From assembly GCA_031538905.1 (NCBI GenBank), contig JAVKLV010000001.1, positions 7,737 through 71,736 of the forward strand: a stretch of 64,000 nt of DNA. The letters are read 5' to 3'. The notes under the pieces were generated by a model that searched no databases, was not told the origin of the DNA, and saw nothing but the letters and a program-made list of their open reading frames with translations. This DNA comes from Methylotenera sp. Its GTDB lineage: Bacteria > Pseudomonadota > Gammaproteobacteria > Burkholderiales > Methylophilaceae. This document shows, in pieces, positions 11,021 to 19,605 of the stretch. A program made the position numbers and the translations under genes. Numbering within the stretch: position 1 is the first letter of the stretch; each line of letters starts with the position of its first letter.

Positions 11021-12010
11021 TTAGTTTGTGATTTTATAAAATCTATTCTCGAGCGTTTTGCCATTTTTTATATCATCAAGTTTGCCATCAATCGATTCAC
11101 TCAGTGAAACCAGTCTCTCATCGGGAAGAGGGTGTGTTTTAAATAACAGGGCAACACTATTGTCATTTGAGTTTACTTGCCCCAAAATTTGCAGCACTTC
11201 AGTTAAGCCAAAGGGTTCATAGCCTGCCCGTGTTGCGTAGCTTAGCCCTAATCTGTCGGCTTCAAATTCAGCTTCTTTGTCTAAGCCTCTAGCACTAATC
11301 TCAGCGCCACTACCAATCGCTTTGCTAATTATTTTATTGTCATTACCTAATTTTTTACTCAATAAACTTGCGCCAAAATTGAGGAGCTGCTGTTTTTGTA
11401 AAACTTTGAGTTGATGCTTGGCCACAATGTGAGCAATTTCATGGCCTAAAACACCAGCCAATTGTGCTTCGTTACTCATTTTTCGGTATAAACCTTTGGT
11501 GATCATGACATAGCCGCCTGCTGCTGAAAACGCGTTTAAGTCTTCACTTTCAATCACCCCAAAATGCCAAGGTAAGTCAGGTCTTTCCGATTGCGAGGCC
11601 ACCCAGCGCCCCACAGAATTTACGTATTTTTGCAAGTTTTCATCTTTTACTAAAGGTGCGGCACCAAGTAAATTGCCTGTAATTTCACGGCCCAACGCAA
11701 TTTCTTCTTCTTTACTTGGGTTTTTCCAGTTAATCGCTGTTTGTGGCTTTTGAGAGGTGCCGGCTGTGGTATCAGTTGAATCAATTTGGGGATTATTTAC
11801 AGTTGTGGCTTTTGAGTTTTCATTTGCGGATGTTGATATTGGCGCATTGTTTTGACCAGTTCGTTGCTTAATTTGTTTTTTTACAGCGTTTTTGAGTGCA
11901 GAGTTTAAATCTAAAGCCATGCTATGGTGGCTAAAAATAAGCAACAAGCTCATTAGCAAGTTTGAAACGATGATATTTTTTTTGAGCTTATGGGTGTGTA
12001 TAACGTTCAT
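11021..12010 (-). CDS. secreted M48-family zinc metalloprotease
   Basis: 329 aa with a signal peptide (…LLIFSHHSMA/LD) and a Q/T/N/S-rich low-complexity linker. It has the HEIAH zinc motif (GVLGHEIAHIVAKH) and a downstream EFEADRLG third-ligand region. A 7-nt gap separates it from the upstream SH3b gene. Confidence 0.8.
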   Translation of the reverse strand: MNVIHTHKLKKNIIVSNLLMSLLLIFSHHSMALDLNSALKNAVKKQIKQRTGQNNAPISTSANENSKATTVNNPQIDSTDTTAGTSQKPQTAINWKNPSKEEEIALGREITGNLLGAAPLVKDENLQKYVNSVGRWVASQSERPDLPWHFGVIESEDLNAFSAAGGYVMITKGLYRKMSNEAQLAGVLGHEIAHIVAKHQLKVLQKQQLLNFGASLLSKKLGNDNKIISKAIGSGAEISARGLDKEAEFEADRLGLSYATRAGYEPFGLTEVLQILGQVNSNDNSVALLFKTHPLPDERLVSLSESIDGKLDDIKNGKTLENRFYKITN

Positions 12011-12017
12011 TTTGCGC

Positions 12018-12521
12018 CTATTTTGCTGTTTTTAAGTTTGAAAACGAAATGGCCTTTAAGTTGACTGCGTCAGCAAATTGGCGGCCTTGCTCTGGGGTTT
12101 GCGTATAACTCTCGAGCAAAGTCACTTCGGAGGCATTAAATTTAGCCGCTTTAAGCTCTTCTGCACTTAGGCCTCGAATCCCCGTGGTTGAAACCACTTG
12201 CCCTGTGCCTGCGCGCCCATTTGCAACGGCGAGTACACCGCCCGCTTGGTTGCCCGAGCTTGAACTGCCGCGTTTAACTGAAAGCAATCTCACCCAGCCA
12301 GTATTCGATTTAGATTTAACTTGTAGCCAAGCACCTTGTTTACTAAGGATTTCAATATTATCACCACGATTTAAAGTACCCGATATTTTTGCATCCGCAA
12401 AAGGCTCAATCCGCAGGCTGTCATTTTTAATGACGCTGCCCATCTCTGCTGCTAAGCTGACATTCATCAGTAGAAATGCAGTCAAACTTGTTGCAAAAAG
12501 TGTGATTTTTAATTTTTTCAT
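12018..12521 (-). CDS. secreted SH3b (bacterial SH3-like) domain protein
   Basis: 167 aa with a signal peptide (…MNVSLAAE). An SH3_3-like segment (LRIEPFADAKISGTLNRGDNIEILSKQGAWLQVKSKSNTGWVRLLSV) is followed by a Gly/Ser-rich linker and an unassigned ~75-aa C-terminal part. Confidence 0.7.
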   Translation of the reverse strand: MKKLKITLFATSLTAFLLMNVSLAAEMGSVIKNDSLRIEPFADAKISGTLNRGDNIEILSKQGAWLQVKSKSNTGWVRLLSVKRGSSSSGNQAGGVLAVANGRAGTGQVVSTTGIRGLSAEELKAAKFNASEVTLLESYTQTPEQGRQFADAVNLKAISFSNLKTAK

Positions 12522-12558
12522 CTGATTTAAGGCTTTAAGTTGATAAGGTAAATGAAGT

Positions 12559-14241
12559 TTATTTTAAAGCATCTAGTTTAATAATGGCTTGTGCAAAAAT
12601 GCTTCGCCATTGTCTGTCCATAGGCACTTCGGTATTTAAAATGCCAATATGTTGAGCATAACGCACGGTGGTGTTACTTGGCATACCAGTATGATGGAGT
12701 AGTTGTGTTAATTGCGCGCCGAGCTGCTCTGCATCAGCTTTTATTGTATCAGCTTGAGTTGCATCATGATGAGAATAAGCCCAGCTAACAATTACCATGT
12801 CGCCAAACAAGCCCCAAACACCACTTTGCGTGCCTTTTAACACCTCAACCGAGGCTGCAGTAGTACATTTTTTTACGATTTTTTGCCGTAGCGTTTTGAG
12901 CATTGCATCGCTTAGCGAAAGCTGGCTTTCTATGAGTATAGGCATCATCAAAATAGCCTCACCTTTTTTACCAGATTCAATGTCATGGGCGAGGAGTCGT
13001 TGCATTGCACGGTCATTTGCCAGGGCATATATTTTAGCAATACTAAAATAGACAATCGCCCAACTAATAGGGCCTGTAATGTCGAGGTAAGTGTTGGTGA
13101 AATTGAGCGCAAGATAAGAAAGGGCGAGTAACGCAATTTGACTACTACTAAATACGCGCGTTACCTTGTCTCTATCAACATTACGGTAAAATGCAAGAGA
13201 GGTAAGCCAAATGAGCAGTAAACTCATCAGAATATAAGGTGTTTTGCCACGCCATACTTGTAAGTAATCTAGATGTTTAACGTTGTCAATCGTAGTGGCT
13301 AAAATCTCAACACCAGGAAACTCTTTTGCCATGGCGGTGGCTTTAATATCAAAAAGTGATGGGGCGGTAGAGCCAATAATAACGATCTTGTTAGTAAATT
13401 CATTGGCTGGGCGCTTTTTAACCTTGTTAGCCATGTCGCTGTAAACATCGCTAAAGCTCACAAATGGATAGGTAAATGGCTTGCCGCGCCAGTTGATGAG
13501 CATGTTTTCTGGCAGTGGCGCTAAATTTTCTTTTGAAAAGTTACCCACAATCAAGGGTAATGAGGGCAGTAACCAGCCATGTTCATCGTGCCAAAGTTTA
13601 TATTCACGGGCAATGCCATCAGCATCGGTGTAAATGTTATGTGTGCCTAAATGTTGAGAGTTGAGTGCGGCTTCAAAATGGGGTAATACAATTGCAATGG
13701 GCTTTTGAGGCTGACTTGTTACTTCTTTCGTGCTTGGTTTAATGCCAGGAATCATCTCTGCTGTGATTTTGCTTAAATGGTCGCTGGCTTGAGATAAGCG
13801 CAACATCGGAAAAAAAGTATTGTTTGTGCCAGCAATCACATCATTAAAATAAGCATCGCTGTCTGGGTTATATAAATCAGCATCGCTAAAAAGAATGTCA
13901 AATACGATTGCTTTAGGTTTCTGCATTTCAATGTTTTCAACAAGCTCACCCAACACTTGGCGCGGCCAAGGCCAACGGCCATACTCTTTTGCCATTGCGC
14001 TTAATGAGGCTTCGTTGATGTCTACAATCACAATATCGGGATCGACTTTAGGCACAACGATACGTTTTTTTACCATGAGATCAAAGGCACGATCGCGCAT
14101 ATTTTGCCCAACGTGAAAAAGGTTTGCATCAAGCAAAACCATGACACTTAGCAAAGCGCAAAGGTAAATGTAGAAATTATTACTAAGCTTGCGAGTAACG
14201 TCAGCGAGCCATTGGTTAATGAGTAGTTTGATTTTAATCAT
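12559..14241 (-). CDS. CHASE2-domain membrane sensor with unassigned C-terminal cytoplasmic domain
   Basis: 560 aa with an N-terminal TM helix and a ~300-aa extracytoplasmic region carrying the CHASE2 hallmark GRWPWPR (aa 88-94) and DILFSD. Three TM helices follow, then a ~150-aa tail with no GGDEF, cyclase, His-kinase or Ser/Thr-kinase motif that I can see. Confidence 0.8.
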   Translation of the reverse strand: MIKIKLLINQWLADVTRKLSNNFYIYLCALLSVMVLLDANLFHVGQNMRDRAFDLMVKKRIVVPKVDPDIVIVDINEASLSAMAKEYGRWPWPRQVLGELVENIEMQKPKAIVFDILFSDADLYNPDSDAYFNDVIAGTNNTFFPMLRLSQASDHLSKITAEMIPGIKPSTKEVTSQPQKPIAIVLPHFEAALNSQHLGTHNIYTDADGIAREYKLWHDEHGWLLPSLPLIVGNFSKENLAPLPENMLINWRGKPFTYPFVSFSDVYSDMANKVKKRPANEFTNKIVIIGSTAPSLFDIKATAMAKEFPGVEILATTIDNVKHLDYLQVWRGKTPYILMSLLLIWLTSLAFYRNVDRDKVTRVFSSSQIALLALSYLALNFTNTYLDITGPISWAIVYFSIAKIYALANDRAMQRLLAHDIESGKKGEAILMMPILIESQLSLSDAMLKTLRQKIVKKCTTAASVEVLKGTQSGVWGLFGDMVIVSWAYSHHDATQADTIKADAEQLGAQLTQLLHHTGMPSNTTVRYAQHIGILNTEVPMDRQWRSIFAQAIIKLDALK

Positions 14242-14252
14242 AAGTACTTTTG

Positions 14253-14366
14253 TTGAGTGTAGATGCCAGCTTGAGATAAGTTATTTTGAGTCTTGTGGCT
14301 TAAAACCAAGCGTTTAATCTCGGCTTTTTATTTGAGTAATCTGATAAAGCTTTGAGATTTTTTGAG
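14253..14366 (+). promoter_or_regulatory. cluster of six same-orientation TTGAG(T/A) motifs in the region upstream of the CHASE2 operon
   Basis: TTGAG occurs at 14253, 14271, 14286, 14332, 14352 and 14362, all on the + strand. They lie in the 175-bp gap between the ygjP-like stop and the CHASE2 start codon. Confidence 0.5.
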
Positions 14367-14416
14367 TATAACATTCACTCCCCCAGTGCCCAGTCATTTT
14401 AATTGCAGTGCTTTTG

Positions 14417-15121
14417 TTAAAATCGATGCAATGCTGGCGATAAAGCTTTTAATGCCCTTTCTGCGAGCTTGTAGTCAGGATAAATGCTGGAAACGGTTGC
14501 CCAAAATTGAGCAGAATGATTTAACTCTTTAATATGTGCAAGCTCGTGACAAACAACATAATTGATAATATGAGGCGGGGCTTGGATTAAGCGCCAGTTT
14601 AGTCGAATCTCTTTTTTAGAGTTACAGCTGCCCCAGCGAGTGCTGGCGTTAGATAAAGTGAGCGATGTAAATGAAACGCCTAACTTTGTTGAAAATAACT
14701 CTAAGCGCCTTGTAAAATCAGATATCGCTTGTTTTTTATACCATTGCACAAGTTTTTTGCTGACTAAATTAGGCTCGTGGTTTGGCATGGCAAGCTGCAA
14801 GATGCCAGGTTGATATTCTACCGATTTTGATCGTACGTTATGCTCTAAAATGAGTGTATGGGGGTGACCTAAAAACAATAATTGTTCGCCATGTTGCCAT
14901 CTCATTTCTGGCATTTTGTTGGCTGAAACTGAAGCTATTTTTTGCAAAATCCAGCTGGATTTTTTAAAAATAATCTCATTGAGCTGGTTTTCTAGAAGGT
15001 GTTTTGGCGCATAAATAATCAGCCCTTTTTGCGTGACTTTTAACCCAGCCGTGCGGCGCGCGCGGCGCTCTAATTGATAATGCAATTGATATCCAGAGGG
15101 TAGGGTGATGATATGTTGCAT
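14417..15121 (-). CDS. YgjP-like (DUF45) metal-dependent hydrolase
   Basis: 234 aa with the C-terminal HELAHIKELNHS zinc motif characteristic of the YgjP/DUF45 family. Confidence 0.8.
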   Translation of the reverse strand: MQHIITLPSGYQLHYQLERRARRTAGLKVTQKGLIIYAPKHLLENQLNEIIFKKSSWILQKIASVSANKMPEMRWQHGEQLLFLGHPHTLILEHNVRSKSVEYQPGILQLAMPNHEPNLVSKKLVQWYKKQAISDFTRRLELFSTKLGVSFTSLTLSNASTRWGSCNSKKEIRLNWRLIQAPPHIINYVVCHELAHIKELNHSAQFWATVSSIYPDYKLAERALKALSPALHRF

Positions 15122-15168
15122 TCGTTTGATTAAGGTAGCTTAAGTTGATTGAGGTGGCTTAAGTTGCA

Positions 15169-15873
15169 TTAGTTTAACAAGGTCATTTCTTTTTCAATCC
15201 AGCTTTGTACTTGCTGGTTGAGCGCGTCGGCCTTTAGATCAGCGGTTTTAATGGGGGCGCCGATATGTATTTTAATAATCCCTGGTTTTTTGATAAAGGA
15301 GTTTTTTGCCCAAAACTCGCCAGCATTATGTGCCACGGGAATCACCGGTGCCTGTGTGTGTGTTGCAAGCCATGCGCCGCCAATATGATATTTGCTCGAT
15401 GCGCCAGGGGTTGTGCGCGTGCCTTCAGGAAATATCACCACCCAAAATCCACGATTTAATCGCGCTTGTCCATGTGCAACGAGTTTTTTTAGTGCTTCGC
15501 GCCCTGCGCTACGGTCAATTGCAATCGGCGATGACATGGCCAAACCCCAGCCAAAAATAGGAATCCAAAGCAACTCACGCTTAAGGACATACACTTGTGT
15601 CGGAAAAATAGCCTGAAAAGCGAGCGTTTCCCATGCTGACTGATGCTTAGATAAAATAATGGTAGGGGTATTGTGGATGTACTCTAAGCCTGTAATTTCA
15701 TGGCGGATATTGCAGGTAACTTTTAGCCACCACAACATACTGCGTGCCCAGCCAGAAATTAAATCGTTGCGTAAAATCGGGTTAAGCGGCAGTGAAAAAA
15801 GGGCAATCAGCGTGAATATAGGGGCAGTGATTGCTTGGCCGATAAAAAAAAGTAGAGAGCGTAAAAATAACAT
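15169..15873 (-). CDS. plsC: 1-acyl-sn-glycerol-3-phosphate acyltransferase (lysophospholipid acyltransferase family)
   Basis: 234 aa with an N-terminal TM helix and the acyltransferase motifs KHQSAWE and FPEGTR. Confidence 0.85.
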   Translation of the reverse strand: MLFLRSLLFFIGQAITAPIFTLIALFSLPLNPILRNDLISGWARSMLWWLKVTCNIRHEITGLEYIHNTPTIILSKHQSAWETLAFQAIFPTQVYVLKRELLWIPIFGWGLAMSSPIAIDRSAGREALKKLVAHGQARLNRGFWVVIFPEGTRTTPGASSKYHIGGAWLATHTQAPVIPVAHNAGEFWAKNSFIKKPGIIKIHIGAPIKTADLKADALNQQVQSWIEKEMTLLN

Positions 15874-15909
15874 ACGAACTTTTGCGTAAGTGTTTCTATT
15901 TAATTAAGC

Positions 15910-16470
15910 TTAATTTAATTTGGCAGTCATACGCTGTGCCGCCTCAAGTAAATTTGCACAAATCCAAGTGTTTGGTGGTAGGGCTTTTTCTGGATTTTTT
16001 TTAGACTCTGCTAATGTCGCCTCACCTTTGCCTGTGAGTACTAGAATTGGCTGACAGCCAACACTCGCAAAGGCTTGTAAGTCGCGTAGCGCATCGCCCA
16101 CGGCGAGCACATTGTTTAACGCTATCGAAAATCGATTACCAATCTCTTTCATCATGCCGGCATTCGGTTTGCGACAATCGCAATCAGCATCTTGTGTATG
16201 AGGGCAGTAAAAAATAGCCTCAATACGCCCACCAAGAGCGGCTAATTCTTTAAGCATTTTGTCATGAATGCTATTGAGTGTTGTCATATCAAATAAGCCG
16301 CGGCCAATACCAGACTGGTTGCTTGCAATGACTACTTTGAAGCCAGATTGATTAAGGAGCGCAATGGCCTCTAGGCTGCCAGAAATTGCCACCCACTCAC
16401 TCGTGCTTTTGATGAAGTGAGCGGAGTCTTGGTTGATGACGCCATCTCTATCTAAAATGACTAGTTTCAT
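15910..16470 (-). CDS. gmhB: D-glycero-beta-D-manno-heptose-1,7-bisphosphate 7-phosphatase
   Basis: 186 aa with HAD motif I (LDRDGVIN) and the zinc loop CPHTQDADCDCRKP typical of GmhB. Confidence 0.9.
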   Translation of the reverse strand: MKLVILDRDGVINQDSAHFIKSTSEWVAISGSLEAIALLNQSGFKVVIASNQSGIGRGLFDMTTLNSIHDKMLKELAALGGRIEAIFYCPHTQDADCDCRKPNAGMMKEIGNRFSIALNNVLAVGDALRDLQAFASVGCQPILVLTGKGEATLAESKKNPEKALPPNTWICANLLEAAQRMTAKLN

Positions 16471-16482
16471 GGCGCGCTTGGG

Positions 16483-18606
16483 TTAGCTTGCCAGTTTCGA
16501 TAAATCTGCAATGCGATTCATCGTTTGATGTAAAACAGTGAGCAAACCTAAGCGATTTTCTTTTAATGCCGCGTCATCTACATTGACCATCACATGGTCA
16601 AAAAAATCATCCACTGGCGCTTTGAGCGCTGCGAGTGACTGCAGTGATGCTGTGTAGTTGCCACTTTCAAATAGCTCATCAGCTTTAGGTTTTATTGTGC
16701 TTAAAATTTGATTGAGTGTGATTTCAGCGACTTCTTGTAATAATTGAGGATTAACTTTTGCGTTGACTTCACCTTCAATTTTTTTCAAAATATTGCTCAC
16801 ACGTTTATTGGCGGCGGCCAAAAATGGCGCTTCATTGAGTGATGAAAATGCCCGAACAGCTAATAGTCGTTGTGGAATCTCACACAATAATGGCGGATTA
16901 AGCGCTAACACTGCATCGACCTCTTGTGCGCTAGCGCCTTGCTCGCGAAGGCTTATCGCAAGACGGTCATTTAAAAATGTTGACACACTTGAAACATACT
17001 CAGGGCTGTCAATCTCGTTAAAAAATGGCTCTAGACTTTTTGAAAAACTTAAATGACTGATGTGGAGTAAATGCGTTAATTGTAGCGGGAGTTTGTTGTC
17101 GATGAGCATACGCAAAATACCCAAGGCATGACGACGTAATCCAAATGGGTCTTTGTCGCCGGTTGGTTTTTCACCAATTTTAAAAAGACCTAGCAACGTT
17201 TCTAATTTGTCTGCCAAGGCTAGACAAATGCCCACTTGATTGCGTGGTAGTACGTCACCCGCAAAACGTGGCTTGTAATGGTCTTCAATCGCAAAAGCAA
17301 TCTCGTCATCTAGGCCTTCATGTTGCGCATAATAACGCCCCATCACGCCTTGCAATTCAGGAAATTCGCCCACCATGTCAGTGACTAAATCTGTTTTAGA
17401 TAAACGTGCAGCTTTTTCAACTTTAGCTACAAAAGCCGCATCGCCTAACTGCTTGGCAATTTCAGTAGCAATACTGACCACACGTAAGTTGCGCTCACCT
17501 TGCGAGCCTAGTTTGTTGTGGTAAACGACTTTATTTAATGATTCCAGACGGCTTTCGAGTGTTTTTTTACGGTCTTGGTCAAAGAAAAATTGAGCATCTG
17601 CGAGCCTGGGGCGCACCACGCGCTCATTGCCTGCGATGACTGCGCTGACATCGTCTGGGCTGACATTAGAAACGATTAAAAATTGATTGGTGAGCTTGCC
17701 ATGCGCATCAAGTAGCGGAAAGTATTTTTGATTAGCCTTCATGGTTAAAATCAAACACTCTTGCGGTACTTCTAGGTAAATTTCTTCAAACTGACCAAGT
17801 AATACATTAGGCCGTTCAACCAAGGCCGTCACTTCGTCAAGCAGCGCATCATCTTCAATTGGTTTGAGATGTTGTTTTGCAGCGGCAGAATTAAGTTGAC
17901 GTACGATTTCTGCACGACGCTCTGCAAAGCTTGCAATCACTGCGCCTTCGGCTTTTAGTTGTGTAGCGTAACTATCAGCAGTGTTGAGCACAACAGGCGA
18001 GCTTGTTGCCTCAAATCGATGTCCTTGCGTTGTGTTGCCAGCCGTTAAGCCCAAGGCGGTGACAGCAACAACCTCATCGCCATACAGGGCGACTAAGCCA
18101 TGCGCGGGGCGAACAAAATTGACACTGGTCCAGCCGTCTGCCAATTGGTAAGCCATAACTTTGGGAATAGGCAGTTTTGATATGGCTTCATTTAATGCAA
18201 TTTGTAAGCCATCTTTTAATGAAACGCCTTTTTGTGTGACCTCTAAAAACAAGACCTCATTTTTACCATCAGCTTGCTTTGTGAGGTTTTTAACCGCGGC
18301 GTCTGTTAAGCCCATGCTGTTCAGGCGTTTGATTAAGGCGGGCGTTGCATTGCCGCTTGCATCTAAACCTACACTCACGGGCATGAGTTTTTGTGTGGAC
18401 GTTTTATCTGGAGCAATCGCACATATATGGCTTGCATGCACAGCTAATCGACGTGGTGAGGCGTAAGCCGTTGCTAAAGCGTTTTCGGTGGTTAATCCTT
18501 GAGATTTAAGCGCTTCAAATAATAGGCTGGCAAAAGCCTCGCCCAGCTTATTGAGTGCTTTGGGAGGTAATTCTTCAACAAAAAGTTCTACAAGTAGATT
18601 GTTCAT
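16483..18606 (-). CDS. glyS: glycine--tRNA ligase beta subunit
   Basis: 707 aa with the N-terminal [13 protein letters not shown] motif. It overlaps the glyQ stop by 4 nt. Confidence 0.95.
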   Translation of the reverse strand: MNNLLVELFVEELPPKALNKLGEAFASLLFEALKSQGLTTENALATAYASPRRLAVHASHICAIAPDKTSTQKLMPVSVGLDASGNATPALIKRLNSMGLTDAAVKNLTKQADGKNEVLFLEVTQKGVSLKDGLQIALNEAISKLPIPKVMAYQLADGWTSVNFVRPAHGLVALYGDEVVAVTALGLTAGNTTQGHRFEATSSPVVLNTADSYATQLKAEGAVIASFAERRAEIVRQLNSAAAKQHLKPIEDDALLDEVTALVERPNVLLGQFEEIYLEVPQECLILTMKANQKYFPLLDAHGKLTNQFLIVSNVSPDDVSAVIAGNERVVRPRLADAQFFFDQDRKKTLESRLESLNKVVYHNKLGSQGERNLRVVSIATEIAKQLGDAAFVAKVEKAARLSKTDLVTDMVGEFPELQGVMGRYYAQHEGLDDEIAFAIEDHYKPRFAGDVLPRNQVGICLALADKLETLLGLFKIGEKPTGDKDPFGLRRHALGILRMLIDNKLPLQLTHLLHISHLSFSKSLEPFFNEIDSPEYVSSVSTFLNDRLAISLREQGASAQEVDAVLALNPPLLCEIPQRLLAVRAFSSLNEAPFLAAANKRVSNILKKIEGEVNAKVNPQLLQEVAEITLNQILSTIKPKADELFESGNYTASLQSLAALKAPVDDFFDHVMVNVDDAALKENRLGLLTVLHQTMNRIADLSKLAS

Positions 18607-19541
18607 GCTGCGGCTTTCTTAGCTAATTCTGCTAACACTTCATCTGCCCAATCTTTGGGCGCCATAGGAAAACCGAGTCTGGCGCGACTTTCTAAATAAG
18701 CGGCGGCAACGCTTCGCGCTAAATTACGAATACGGCCAATATAAGCTGCGCGCTCTGTAACCGAGATTGCACCGTGCGCATCAAGCAAGTTAAATGTATG
18801 GGCGGCTTTTAGCACTTGTTCGTAAGCGGGTAAGGAAAGCTTTTCTTCAATAAGATGCAGTGCTTTTTTTTCATGGGCGGTAAATGCCGTGAACAAAAAG
18901 TCAGTGTCAGAGTGCTCAAAGTTGTAAGTTGATTGCTCGAATTCATTTTGCTTATACACATCACCATAAGTTAAGTGCTTACCTGTTAAATCCGTTGTCC
19001 AGATTAAGTCGTAAACATTATCCACTCCTTGTAAATACATGGCTAAACGCTCTAAGCCGTAAGTAATTTCACCGGTAATCGGCTTGCAGTTAATGCCGCC
19101 TACTTGTTGAAAATAAGTGAATTGCGTGACCTCCATTCCGTTGAGCCACACCTCCCATCCTAAGCCCCACGCGCCTAAAGTGGGGTTTTCCCAGTCATCT
19201 TCAACAAAGCGAATATCATTTTTTTTAAGATCAAAACCCAAAGCTTCGAGCGAGCCTAAGTACAGCTCAAGAATGTTTGCAGGTGCGGGTTTGAGCACTA
19301 CTTGAAATTGGTAATAATGCTGTAAGCGGTTTGGATTTTCACCATAGCGCCCATCTTTTGGGCGGCGGCTTGGTTGCACATAAGCGGCTTTCCAAGGCTC
19401 TGGCCCCAATGAGCGCAAGAAAGTTGCCGTGTGTGAGGTGCCTGCACCGACCTCCATGTCGTAAGGTTGCAGTAATGCACAGCCTTGATCGCTCCAGTAA
19501 TTTTGCAAGCTAAGAATGATTTGTTGAAAAGTAAGCGCCAT
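18603..19541 (-). CDS. glyQ: glycine--tRNA ligase alpha subunit
   Basis: 312 aa. The N-terminal [18 protein letters not shown] and the remainder collinear with GlyQ. Confidence 0.96.
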   Translation of the reverse strand: MALTFQQIILSLQNYWSDQGCALLQPYDMEVGAGTSHTATFLRSLGPEPWKAAYVQPSRRPKDGRYGENPNRLQHYYQFQVVLKPAPANILELYLGSLEALGFDLKKNDIRFVEDDWENPTLGAWGLGWEVWLNGMEVTQFTYFQQVGGINCKPITGEITYGLERLAMYLQGVDNVYDLIWTTDLTGKHLTYGDVYKQNEFEQSTYNFEHSDTDFLFTAFTAHEKKALHLIEEKLSLPAYEQVLKAAHTFNLLDAHGAISVTERAAYIGRIRNLARSVAAAYLESRARLGFPMAPKDWADEVLAELAKKAAA

Positions 19542-19605
19542 GATTGAATTCTATAGATTTTAAGTTGTGTAACTTAAATTTTTTGCTGTCTAAAAAACGC
19601 TCATT

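Noticed and set aside
12184-12525. A 113-aa plus-strand ORF antisense to the SH3b gene. Similar long antisense ORFs lie at 4305-4607(-), 43460-43825(-), 44369-44670(-), 48950-49264(+) and 18161-18466(+).
   Set aside because: Each lies entirely inside a gene whose product carries strong family motifs on the opposite strand. Their translations are low-complexity or Arg/Ser/Cys-rich with no recognisable motifs. They are typical shadow ORFs.
11021-14241. The idea that the CHASE2/SH3b/M48 block is a recently acquired genomic island.
   Set aside because: No flanking tRNA, direct repeats or mobility genes are present. By eye, base composition and codon style match the neighbouring housekeeping genes. 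It looks like resident accessory DNA rather than a recent insertion.
18135-18146. Neisseria-type DNA uptake sequence (GCCGTCTG… at about 18136 and about 39526).
   Set aside because: Both copies deviate from GCCGTCTGAA at the 3' end, lie inside coding regions, and number only two. That is not the density expected of an uptake-signal genome.
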